DNA of 45,680 nucleotides, taken from the NCBI GenBank assembly GCA_037137395.1, contig JBAXKK010000010.1:1-45680 (forward strand), written 5' to 3'. Positions 9,571 through 16,785 of this stretch are shown here, piece after piece. The position numbers were made by a program, and so were the translations under genes. The notes under the pieces were generated by a model, which searched no databases, was not told the DNA's origin, and saw only the letters and a program-made list of their open reading frames with translations. Source of the stretch: Elusimicrobiota bacterium (GTDB lineage: Bacteria; Elusimicrobiota; Elusimicrobia; Elusimicrobiales; UBA9959). Within the stretch, counting starts at the first letter, position 1; every line of letters begins with the position of its first letter.

Positions 9571-9845
9571 TACCGAAAATCACAGATTTTATCTAGAAGT
9601 TTATTTAAGCTGATTTTTTCAGACTTTCTAAGCAAGCGATGATCTAACTTAAACTCTTTTTCATCCCCAACATATGCAAGTCTTATAACAATTTTCAAGT
9701 TGTCCTCAAAAACCGTACACGGAAACCCTTTTTCTAACACATAACTCTTCACATATTCTAAAGGTAAATATTCCATTTTAATATCAATTAAACCACTACC
9801 GATTGTTTTACTTCCTAAAACTTTTACACCCGACAATATGAACAA
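9570..9845 (-). CDS. Hypothetical protein
   Basis: 91-aa AT-rich ORF abutting the TPR gene; start uncertain (TTG 9845 or the internal ATG of MEYLP). Confidence 0.4.
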   Translation of the reverse strand: MFILSGVKVLGSKTIGSGLIDIKMEYLPLEYVKSYVLEKGFPCTVFEDNLKIVIRLAYVGDEKEFKLDHRLLRKSEKISLNKLLDKICDFR

Positions 9846-9872
9846 TCAGACATATATCAACTTATTAAAAGG

Positions 9873-10063
9873 CGAGGGCGAATTCCCTGGGCGCTCCCTT
9901 TAGGGTTTTAAGACCGGTGACTGCAGCGAATCGCTATCATTAGCGACGGCGGTGAATGTTTGAGCCTTGCACTGTGTGTAAGGCGAGTTCGCACGCCGGC
10001 GGAAGACACCGGTCTTCTTCCCAATAAAACCCGGTCTTGGAGCGCACAGGGAATTTGCCCTCG
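9873..10063. repeat. 191-bp nested palindromic element (MITE/REP-like)
   Basis: 25-bp terminal inverted repeats 9873-9897 / 10039-10063 (23/25); inner IRs AAGACCGGTG/CACCGGTCTT and GGGTTTTA/TAAAACCC; central GCCTTGCAC/GTGTAAGGC hairpin. Confidence 0.75.
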
Positions 10064-10111
10064 ACTCCTACTGCCCCCTTATAAAAATCAAAACAAATAA
10101 AAATCCGCCTG

Positions 10112-10645
10112 TTATTTTTTCGCGTATTTCGCGCGGCGCTCTTTTGCTGTGAGGCCTATCCGCTTTTTGGACGGCTCCGGCTTGTCCATCATCTCCCTGA
10201 TTGCGTCAAAAACCATTTTAAACTGTGAATCGTAACGTCCTTCCAGTTCATCAAGGCGGCGGGCCAGATCTTTATGCGTAGAGAGAAGTTCCCGCAGGCG
10301 CACAAATGCGCGCATTATGGCTATATTTACCTGCGCGGCCCGCTTGCTTCTCAAAACACTTGAAAGCATAGCCACACCTTGCTCAGTAAAAACAAGAGGC
10401 GTATATTTCGAATGCTGACCTCTCTTTAAGGTTCCAATTTGGAACCTTAAAGAATTGTACTCAGCAGCTGTGAGCCTGAACATGAGATCAGAGGGAAATC
10501 TGTCAATGTTCCGCTTTACAGCCTTATTAAGATTTTTAGTCGCAACATTATAAAGCACAGCCAGGTGGCTGTCCAGCATGACTTTCTGCCCGCGAATAAG
10601 GAAAATCCGCTGCTCAATCTGACTTGTAGTAATGACTTCTTTCAT
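10112..10645 (-). CDS. ORF6N domain (KilA-N-like) DNA-binding protein
   Basis: IFLIRGQKVMLDSHLAVLYNV.TK.LNKAVKRNIDRFP.D.MFRLT, FTEQGVAMLSSVLRS.RA.QVNIAIMRAFVRLR, C-terminal KKRIG. Confidence 0.92.
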   Translation of the reverse strand: MKEVITTSQIEQRIFLIRGQKVMLDSHLAVLYNVATKNLNKAVKRNIDRFPSDLMFRLTAAEYNSLRFQIGTLKRGQHSKYTPLVFTEQGVAMLSSVLRSKRAAQVNIAIMRAFVRLRELLSTHKDLARRLDELEGRYDSQFKMVFDAIREMMDKPEPSKKRIGLTAKERRAKYAKK

Positions 10646-10720
10646 AAGAAAATGCTTTATCCGGCATATTTAGCCTACCTTGAGATCACAATTTGTACCT
10701 CAAAAGTGCCTGGCATCTTT

Positions 10721-11272
10721 TTAAAGGGCTCGGTATTCCTTTTCTATCCCTATTGTTGGGGCCCATTTTTCCATATACTTTAGGTCTAAGACGCCTTTAT
10801 TTAATTCCATTATGCTGCGACAATCCTGTAATTGACGTTCGGAACCGCCGGCCGACTGCATCCAACGGAGTTTCGAGAGGATAAGGTCTTCCGGGGATAT
10901 AACCCAAAGGGGTTGCCCGGTAAACTCCAGTTTTTTGCGTCTGGAAAATCCTTCTTTCGCGTATGAGCTAGTTTCGTCCATAACCGCAAAATCTACTTTA
11001 AAAGCCGTGGAGTGATAAATCACATTAAACATCCGCTTTTCGGAAACTGCCTGCTTTACATCTTCTTCATCTATATAGGCCTCGTCTTTCAACGCCTCCA
11101 CTAGCCCTAAGATCCGGAAAGGTGGTATCTGAATAACGATATCTATGTCCGCCGTGGTTCTTACCTGGCCCCAAAAAGGAACGGCGGAACCTCCGGTTAC
11201 CATATAGGGGATGTCCAGTTTATCGAGTTTCGCGGATATCCAGATTAATGTTTCAACAAATATATTTTGCGT
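10721..11272 (-). CDS. Nucleotidyltransferase family protein (DUF6036-like; putative TA-type)
   Basis: IPYMVTGGSA..WGQVRTTADIDIV, ISPEDLILSKLRW...SERQLQD. First ATG is at 11203, but the frame is open to an ACG at 11272 behind an AAGGAG SD. Confidence 0.78.
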   Translation of the reverse strand, partial: TQNIFVETLIWISAKLDKLDIPYMVTGGSAVPFWGQVRTTADIDIVIQIPPFRILGLVEALKDEAYIDEEDVKQAVSEKRMFNVIYHSTAFKVDFAVMDETSSYAKEGFSRRKKLEFTGQPLWVISPEDLILSKLRWMQSAGGSERQLQDCRSIMELNKGVLDLKYMEKWAPTIGIEKEYRAL

Positions 11273-11448
11273 ACCCTCTCCTTAAATAGTTTTTCAAGTT
11301 CGGCATCAGAAATACCGGGGTTATTAAACTTTATCCCGGCTCTCATCGCATTAAACTGCGCGTCCATAAGGTCTACCATCATTGCAAAGCGCTGCTCCGG
11401 AGTTTTTGCCCGCAGCATTTCCAGGTGTATTGTTTCCGCTTTAGTCAT
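11245..11448 (-). CDS. Small helical protein, putative partner/antitoxin of the nucleotidyltransferase
   Basis: 67 aa, LEMLRAKTPEQRF..RAGIKFNNPGISDAEL; overlaps the 5' end of the nucleotidyltransferase frame. Confidence 0.68.
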   Translation of the reverse strand: MTKAETIHLEMLRAKTPEQRFAMMVDLMDAQFNAMRAGIKFNNPGISDAELEKLFKERVRKIYLLKH

Positions 11449-11534
11449 ATTTCAAAAAAATCATCGCCATTATTGGCCGGCATAATAATATTAAACCGCT
11501 TACCCCACTCTCTGCAACCCGATCCTCACTTATG

Positions 11535-12002
11535 TCAGCGCCCTTTCACCGTTTCTTCGATGGCGGCGATTATCGGTTCGTAGCCGGTGCAGCGGCAGAG
11601 GTTGCCCGCTATGGCTTCCTTGATATCGCGCGTGGTGGGCTTTGGATTTTTCTCAAGCAGCTCGGTGGCTGAAAGTATTACGCCCGGCGCGCAGAAGCCG
11701 CACTGGAAAGAATTCCTCTCGTGGAATTTTTTTTGCAGCCTCTGAGTCCATTTGCGGCTATTGGCGCCCTCAAGCGTAACTATATCCGCGCCATGGGCCT
11801 CGACGGCCAGGACCAGGCAGGAACGCACGGTTCTGCCGTTCATGATCACCGTGCAGGTGCCGCAGTCACCGCGGTCACAGCCGACCTTAGGGCTCTTTAT
11901 ACCGAGCTTATAGCGCAGTATATCCAGCAGCACATCATTGGCTTCCACCGTCACCCTTTTAATATCGCCATTTAGTTTAAATTCTATGTCGTGTTTTTTC
12001 AT
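11535..12002 (-). CDS. Xanthine dehydrogenase family (2Fe-2S)-binding small subunit
   Basis: GCDRGDCGTCTV...RSCL and QCGFC...GNLCRCTGY cluster ligands. Confidence 0.94.
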   Translation of the reverse strand: MKKHDIEFKLNGDIKRVTVEANDVLLDILRYKLGIKSPKVGCDRGDCGTCTVIMNGRTVRSCLVLAVEAHGADIVTLEGANSRKWTQRLQKKFHERNSFQCGFCAPGVILSATELLEKNPKPTTRDIKEAIAGNLCRCTGYEPIIAAIEETVKGR

Positions 12003-12011
12003 ATGCCCTTC

Positions 12012-12902
12012 TTATATGACATTTTCTCCATACTTCGAACCCTTGCCGAACAGACGCGCCACCGCGGCCTGCAGGGCACGCCCGAGCATAACCGACGCCA
12101 TATGGTTGCGATAGTCTTTGGAAGAACGGATATCGGTGATAGGGCTTATCTCTTTTAAGATGATTTCTTTGGCTTTGGCCAGGATTTTTTCGGTAAGCTT
12201 TTTTCCGTTCAACACCGCTTCGGTCTCAGGGCACCTGGACGGCTTGGGCCCCAAAGCGCAGGCGGCCACGCGGTAAGTGTCGTCGGCCAGCGCCAGAACG
12301 GCTATGCCGCCCTGGGCCAGATCTTCGCCTTCGTAGCGGGAAAGCTTAGCGTAACACCCGCCGGTCTTAGGCTTGGGCAGCTTAAGTTCCACAGCCAGCA
12401 CTATTTCGTCAAAAGCCAGAACGGTCTTCTTGGGGCCGGCGAACCAGTTGTGTATGGAAACGCGGCGCTCGCCCCTGACGCTTTTGACCAGAACCTCAGC
12501 GTCGTAGACGGCCAGGACCGGCGCGGAATCGGCCGAAGGCACGGCCGAGCAGATGTTGCCGGCCACGGTAGCGCGATTTCTGACACCCGTGGAGGCCACG
12601 GTCAGGGCGGCTTCCCACAAGAGCGGACAATGCTTTTTAATAAGCGGCGATTCTATTATATCGGCGAAAGTGACAAGCGAGCCTATGGAAAGGTTTTCAT
12701 TTTTTAATTCTATCTTGCCAAGGTTTGCTATCCCTTTAATGTCGACCACGATCTTGGGACGGGCGATGTTTTCTTTTAGGTGCACTATAAGGTCGGTGCC
12801 GCCGGCAAGCACTCTGGCGCTTTCCTTGTAAAGCGACATCACGCGCAGAGCCTCATCCAGATCTTTCGGTTTTAAGTATTCGAACTCAGTTACAATCGGC
12901 AT
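12012..12902 (-). CDS. Xanthine dehydrogenase family FAD-binding medium subunit
   Basis: LAGGTDL, VRNRATVAGNIC..PSADS, PITDIRSS..YR. Start moved to ATG 12902 (GAGGTGG SD). Confidence 0.93.
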   Translation of the reverse strand: MPIVTEFEYLKPKDLDEALRVMSLYKESARVLAGGTDLIVHLKENIARPKIVVDIKGIANLGKIELKNENLSIGSLVTFADIIESPLIKKHCPLLWEAALTVASTGVRNRATVAGNICSAVPSADSAPVLAVYDAEVLVKSVRGERRVSIHNWFAGPKKTVLAFDEIVLAVELKLPKPKTGGCYAKLSRYEGEDLAQGGIAVLALADDTYRVAACALGPKPSRCPETEAVLNGKKLTEKILAKAKEIILKEISPITDIRSSKDYRNHMASVMLGRALQAAVARLFGKGSKYGENVI

Positions 12903-12950
12903 ATTCCACCTCCTCTCTATCCACTCGCCACTAATCACTCGTCAATGCCG

Positions 12951-13766
12951 TTATGGCAGCCAGGCCACCACGCGGCCCATGGCGGATTCAAGTTCCATGC
13001 CCTTGAGGGGGAAGAAACCCAGCCAGCAGCGCTTGTTGGAAAGTTTATCGATATCGCCGCCGATATTTTCGGCGTGCACAAGTTTCTTAGGAAAGAGTTT
13101 CAGGTGCATGACCTGGTAATATTCTTCGGGCGGGAACATTTCATCCCATTTTTCACCGTAGTTTGCCGCCAGCTTGTTCTCAGCCTCCGTGAAGAGCTTG
13201 GGATGCCAGTTGCGTATGATAGTGTTCATGGGGTGGTCGGCGGAGCCACAGTCAACGCCTATCCACTTAAACTTCATAGCCAGCGCCCACTTATGAAATT
13301 TGGGCCCGGGGCCCGGATGCTTGCAGAAATATCTCACCTCGTCACAGGTGTTCTTTTCGTACCAGGCGTATTTATGATAGCCGGTATTTATTATTAAAAT
13401 ATCGCCCTTGCGGATATCGGCGCGCTTCATCAGCATTTCCGGCTCATAAAGATCGTAGTCGCCGACGTCCTTGGAAATATCAACTACGACCGCGTTGCCG
13501 ACCCATTCCTTCATGGGAACTTCGCCTATAGCGCGGCCGGCGCTGTAAAAATGTATTTCTCCGTCCATGTGGGTTCCGACATGATTAGAAGTCTTCATTA
13601 TCTGGCCATTGGCACCCTGGCCCATATGCGCACCGGCTATACGCTTAAAATACTGGAGTTGGAGGGGCATGTAACTCGGCCAGGGGGGAGTGTGTATGCT
13701 AAGCGGCTGGGTGAGGTCGTACATCTTTGCCTTTTCCATCAATTTCATGAAGTCATTGGGGTTCAT
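12951..13766 (-). CDS. Cyclase family metal-dependent hydrolase (kynurenine formamidase-like)
   Basis: YDLTQPL, HVGTHMDGEIH (HxGTHxDxxxH), GDILIINTG, IGVD, HAEN. Start ATG 13766 with AGAGGAG SD. Confidence 0.9.
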   Translation of the reverse strand: MNPNDFMKLMEKAKMYDLTQPLSIHTPPWPSYMPLQLQYFKRIAGAHMGQGANGQIMKTSNHVGTHMDGEIHFYSAGRAIGEVPMKEWVGNAVVVDISKDVGDYDLYEPEMLMKRADIRKGDILIINTGYHKYAWYEKNTCDEVRYFCKHPGPGPKFHKWALAMKFKWIGVDCGSADHPMNTIIRNWHPKLFTEAENKLAANYGEKWDEMFPPEEYYQVMHLKLFPKKLVHAENIGGDIDKLSNKRCWLGFFPLKGMELESAMGRVVAWLP

Positions 13767-13788
13767 ACTTTTCTCCTCTGCTAAAAAT

Positions 13789-13822
13789 GCCATAAGCCAT
13801 AAGCTTTAGGCTATACGCAGAC
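13789..13822. repeat. GCCATAA-type heptamer repeat (family also at 20661 and 28231)
   Basis: GCCATAA GCCATAA GCTTTAG GCTATAC GCAGA. Confidence 0.7.
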
Positions 13823-13837
13823 ACCTTACGTTACGTT

Positions 13838-15586
13838 TTACCTGATTATTTCCATCTTTAGTTCGGATAGCTTGGCCGGCAAATCGGCCAGCTTCCAGCG
13901 GAGCGCCGTTTTTTCGGCGCGGCGCTTGAATTCACAATCTCCGTCTTTCAGCGTCTTAGCGCTGACGACTATGCGGAACGGCAGACCTATAAGATCGGCG
14001 TCTTTAAATTTTACGCCCGGGCGCTCGTCCCTGTCATCCCAGAGAACGCTTAGACCGGCCGCGTGGATCTGATCATAGACCTTCTGCGACTCGTCCAGTA
14101 TACCTGGCGCCTCGGTCTCAATGCTGACCAGAGAAAACTCAAAGGGGGCGATAGACGGCGGCCATATGATGCCGTACTCGTCATGAGACTGCTCTATGGC
14201 GGCGGCCACGCTGCGCGTCACGCCTATGCCATAGCAGCCCATAACCATTGGCACCGACTGCTGGTGCTCGTCGAGAAAATTGCATTTAAGGGACTTGGAA
14301 TACTTGGTCCCCAACTTAAAGGTCTGGCCGACCTCTATGCCGCGTTTGAACTCGAACGGCTTTTTGCAATGGGGACAAAGGTCCCCTTCGGCGGCCGCGT
14401 GGATATCGGCGAAGGCGTCCGGCGTATAATCCCGGCCGAGATTAATGCCGACGGTATGTGTATCGTTTTTATTGGCTCCGGAGAAGCCGTTAAAGACATT
14501 CTTAAGCGCGTGATCCGCTATGAGGGTCTTTAAAGGCTTAGTGTCCTTGCCATGGATATATTTGCTCTTTATATCAACGGGCCCGGCGAAGCCGGCGGGA
14601 CAGCCGGCGATAGCTTCGTAGATGTGCTGCGGGGCTTTCTCAAGCTCCGTTACGCCAAGGACGCGGCGCAATTTATTTTCGTTAAGCTCGTGGTCACCCC
14701 GTACTAGGGCCATAACCGGCTCTCCGTCGGCCAGAAAGAACAGCGTTTTTATGGCCTGTTTTCTGTTCATCTTAAGGAAACGCGCCACATCGTCAACGGT
14801 ATACATGCCCGGCGTGGCTACATCCTTGAGCGGAGCCAGCTTTGAGGGGTCAGCGGTCCTGAGCGCGGGTTCCGCCACCTCCGCCTTTTCGGTATTAGCC
14901 GCGTAGCCGCATTCGCAAAGCGCGATCTCGGCCTCGCCGGTGTCGGCGATAACCATAAATTCGTGGGACTGGTTGCCGCCTATAGGACCGCTGTCGGCCT
15001 CCACAGGCTTATACTTAAAACCGCAGCGCGTGAAGATCCGCTCGTAAGCGGCGTACAGTTTCTGATACCACACTTCGGCGTCGGCTTCGGTGGCGTGGAA
15101 AGAATAAGCGTCCTTCATCAGGAATTCGCGCGAACGCATCACGCCGTAACGGGGCCGTATCTCGTCGCGGAACTTGAGACCGAACTGATAAAGCAGGATG
15201 GGCAACTGACGGTAGGACGCTACGTCACGGCGCACCATATTGGTAATCACCTCTTCGGCTGTGGGGGCGAAGCAAAACTCGGAGTCCTTGCGGTCCTGTA
15301 TTCGCAGGAGTTCCTTGCCGTAGATCTGCCAGCGGCCGGTCTCAACCCACAGTTCCTTGGGCTGTATAACCGGCAACCACACTTCCTGGCCGTTTATCCT
15401 GTCCAGCTCCTCGCGCACGATCCCCTCTATCTTTTTCAGGACTCTGAGGCCCAGTGGAAGCCATTCGTAGATGCCGCTGGCCAGCTTGCGTATCATGCCG
15501 GCCCGGAACATCAGCTTTACTGAAACATTATCAGCGTCACCCGGAGCCTCCCTTAAAGTGGGGAGAAAATAATTGGAAAGCTTCAT
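13838..15586 (-). CDS. proS: Proline--tRNA ligase (bacterial type with INS editing domain)
   Basis: RAGMIRKLASGIY, KFRDEIRPRYGVMRSREFLMKDAYSF, GIEVGQTFKLGTKYS, MGCYGIGV, DDRDERPGVKFKDADLIG. Confidence 0.97.
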   Translation of the reverse strand: MKLSNYFLPTLREAPGDADNVSVKLMFRAGMIRKLASGIYEWLPLGLRVLKKIEGIVREELDRINGQEVWLPVIQPKELWVETGRWQIYGKELLRIQDRKDSEFCFAPTAEEVITNMVRRDVASYRQLPILLYQFGLKFRDEIRPRYGVMRSREFLMKDAYSFHATEADAEVWYQKLYAAYERIFTRCGFKYKPVEADSGPIGGNQSHEFMVIADTGEAEIALCECGYAANTEKAEVAEPALRTADPSKLAPLKDVATPGMYTVDDVARFLKMNRKQAIKTLFFLADGEPVMALVRGDHELNENKLRRVLGVTELEKAPQHIYEAIAGCPAGFAGPVDIKSKYIHGKDTKPLKTLIADHALKNVFNGFSGANKNDTHTVGINLGRDYTPDAFADIHAAAEGDLCPHCKKPFEFKRGIEVGQTFKLGTKYSKSLKCNFLDEHQQSVPMVMGCYGIGVTRSVAAAIEQSHDEYGIIWPPSIAPFEFSLVSIETEAPGILDESQKVYDQIHAAGLSVLWDDRDERPGVKFKDADLIGLPFRIVVSAKTLKDGDCEFKRRAEKTALRWKLADLPAKLSELKMEIIR

Positions 15587-15606
15587 ATTGTATAACTCCT
15601 ATGTAA

Positions 15607-15690
15607 AGTGGCGAGTGGGAAGTGACTAGTGGCGAGTGAATGAAGCCGATTCTTATAATCTCTACACTATTCACTATCCACCGATCACTG
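15607..15690. repeat. AGTGGCG-type two-armed heptamer repeat (family also at 36401)
   Basis: AGTGGCG AGTGGGA AGTGACT AGTGGCG AGTGAAT ... CACTATT CACTATC CACCGAT CACTG. Confidence 0.72.
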
Positions 15691-16782
15691 TTATTTGAGG
15701 CCGCGTATCTTCCTGATGACTTCATTAACCCATTCGGATTCTTTTACCACTTTTATCTGCTTGCCGCGCTCTATCCATACGCCCCGGCCCTTGCCGCCGG
15801 CAATTCCGAAATCCGCTTCGCGGGCCTCGCCGGGGCCATTAACCACGCAGCCCATAATGGCAATCTTCTTGCCGGTGGAGCGCTTTAAAAGCGTTTTATC
15901 GGAGTAGACCCGTTCCTCTATCTCATCAATAACTTTTTTCACATTCACCTGGCAGCGGCCGCATGTCGGACAAGAGATGAGGTTGGGGCCGTACTGCCGG
16001 AGACCCATAGCTTTAAGTATCTCATAGGCGGCGCGGACCTGCATCACAGGGTCCTCGGTGAGCGAGACGCGGATAGTATCGCCTATGCCCTGAGTAAGGA
16101 GCAGGCCTATGCCGAGGGAGGATTTTACCGTTCCGGCGAGGAAGCTGCCAGCCTCAGTTACGCCAACATGCAGAGGGATATCAGACTTCTCCGAAAAGAG
16201 CAGATTCGCCATCACCGTGCGCTCGATGTCGTCGGCCTTCAGAGAAACTATTATGTCCTTAAATCCTTCTCTTTCCAGGAGGCGGACTTCGTCCAGAGCT
16301 TCCTTGACCATCATTTTTGCCCATTCATAGGGCGACCATTCTGGAGCGGGAATCTTTTTTAAAATCTTAAGCGAACCGCAGTTTACTCCTACCCGTATGG
16401 GAATGCCGGCGGATTTGCAGGCCTTTACAACTTCACGAACTTTGTCTTTTTCGCCGATATTGCCCGGATTGATGCGGATCTTATCCACTCCCTGACGCGC
16501 GGCCTCCACGGCCAGACGCCAGTCAAAATGAATATCTGCGACCAGCGGTATATCGATGGCCTTCCTGATGCGGCCCAGATTCTTAGCGGCGGCCATATCC
16601 GGCACAGCCACGCGTATAATCTCGCACCCAGCGGCCTCAAGGCGCCTTATCTGGTCTATGGTTGCGCGCAGATCGCGCGTATCGGTGTTGCACATAGACT
16701 GCACTGAGACGGGGTTATTGCCGCCTATGGCGAACTTGCCGATTTTTACCACGCGGGTCTTTCTGACTTTATAAGTGTGCAT
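15691..16782 (-). CDS. ispG: (E)-4-hydroxy-3-methylbut-2-enyl-diphosphate synthase
   Basis: VQSMCNTDT, PLVADIHF, RINPGNIG, PLHVGVTEAG, GIGDTIRVSLT, SCPTCGR, MGCVVNGPGEA. Confidence 0.97.
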   Translation of the reverse strand: MHTYKVRKTRVVKIGKFAIGGNNPVSVQSMCNTDTRDLRATIDQIRRLEAAGCEIIRVAVPDMAAAKNLGRIRKAIDIPLVADIHFDWRLAVEAARQGVDKIRINPGNIGEKDKVREVVKACKSAGIPIRVGVNCGSLKILKKIPAPEWSPYEWAKMMVKEALDEVRLLEREGFKDIIVSLKADDIERTVMANLLFSEKSDIPLHVGVTEAGSFLAGTVKSSLGIGLLLTQGIGDTIRVSLTEDPVMQVRAAYEILKAMGLRQYGPNLISCPTCGRCQVNVKKVIDEIEERVYSDKTLLKRSTGKKIAIMGCVVNGPGEAREADFGIAGGKGRGVWIERGKQIKVVKESEWVNEVIRKIRGLK

Positions 16783-16785
16783 GCT

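Larger units (their letters stand above)
6442..11501. mobile_element. Acquired genomic islet inserted inside the Mo-hydroxylase operon (no integrase or transposase encoded)
   Basis: Separates the Fe-S subunit gene from the large subunit gene. Lower GC in 6.6-9.9 kb (sampled line 8221: 22/60 GC versus 39/60 at line 5521). Accessory-type genes; 13/15 direct repeat at the edges. Confidence 0.55.

Noticed and set aside
6431..11534. Integron cassette array or prophage interpretation of the islet
   Set aside because: No intI, integrase or phage genes; spacers lack convincing RYYYAAC...GTTRRRY attC boxes.
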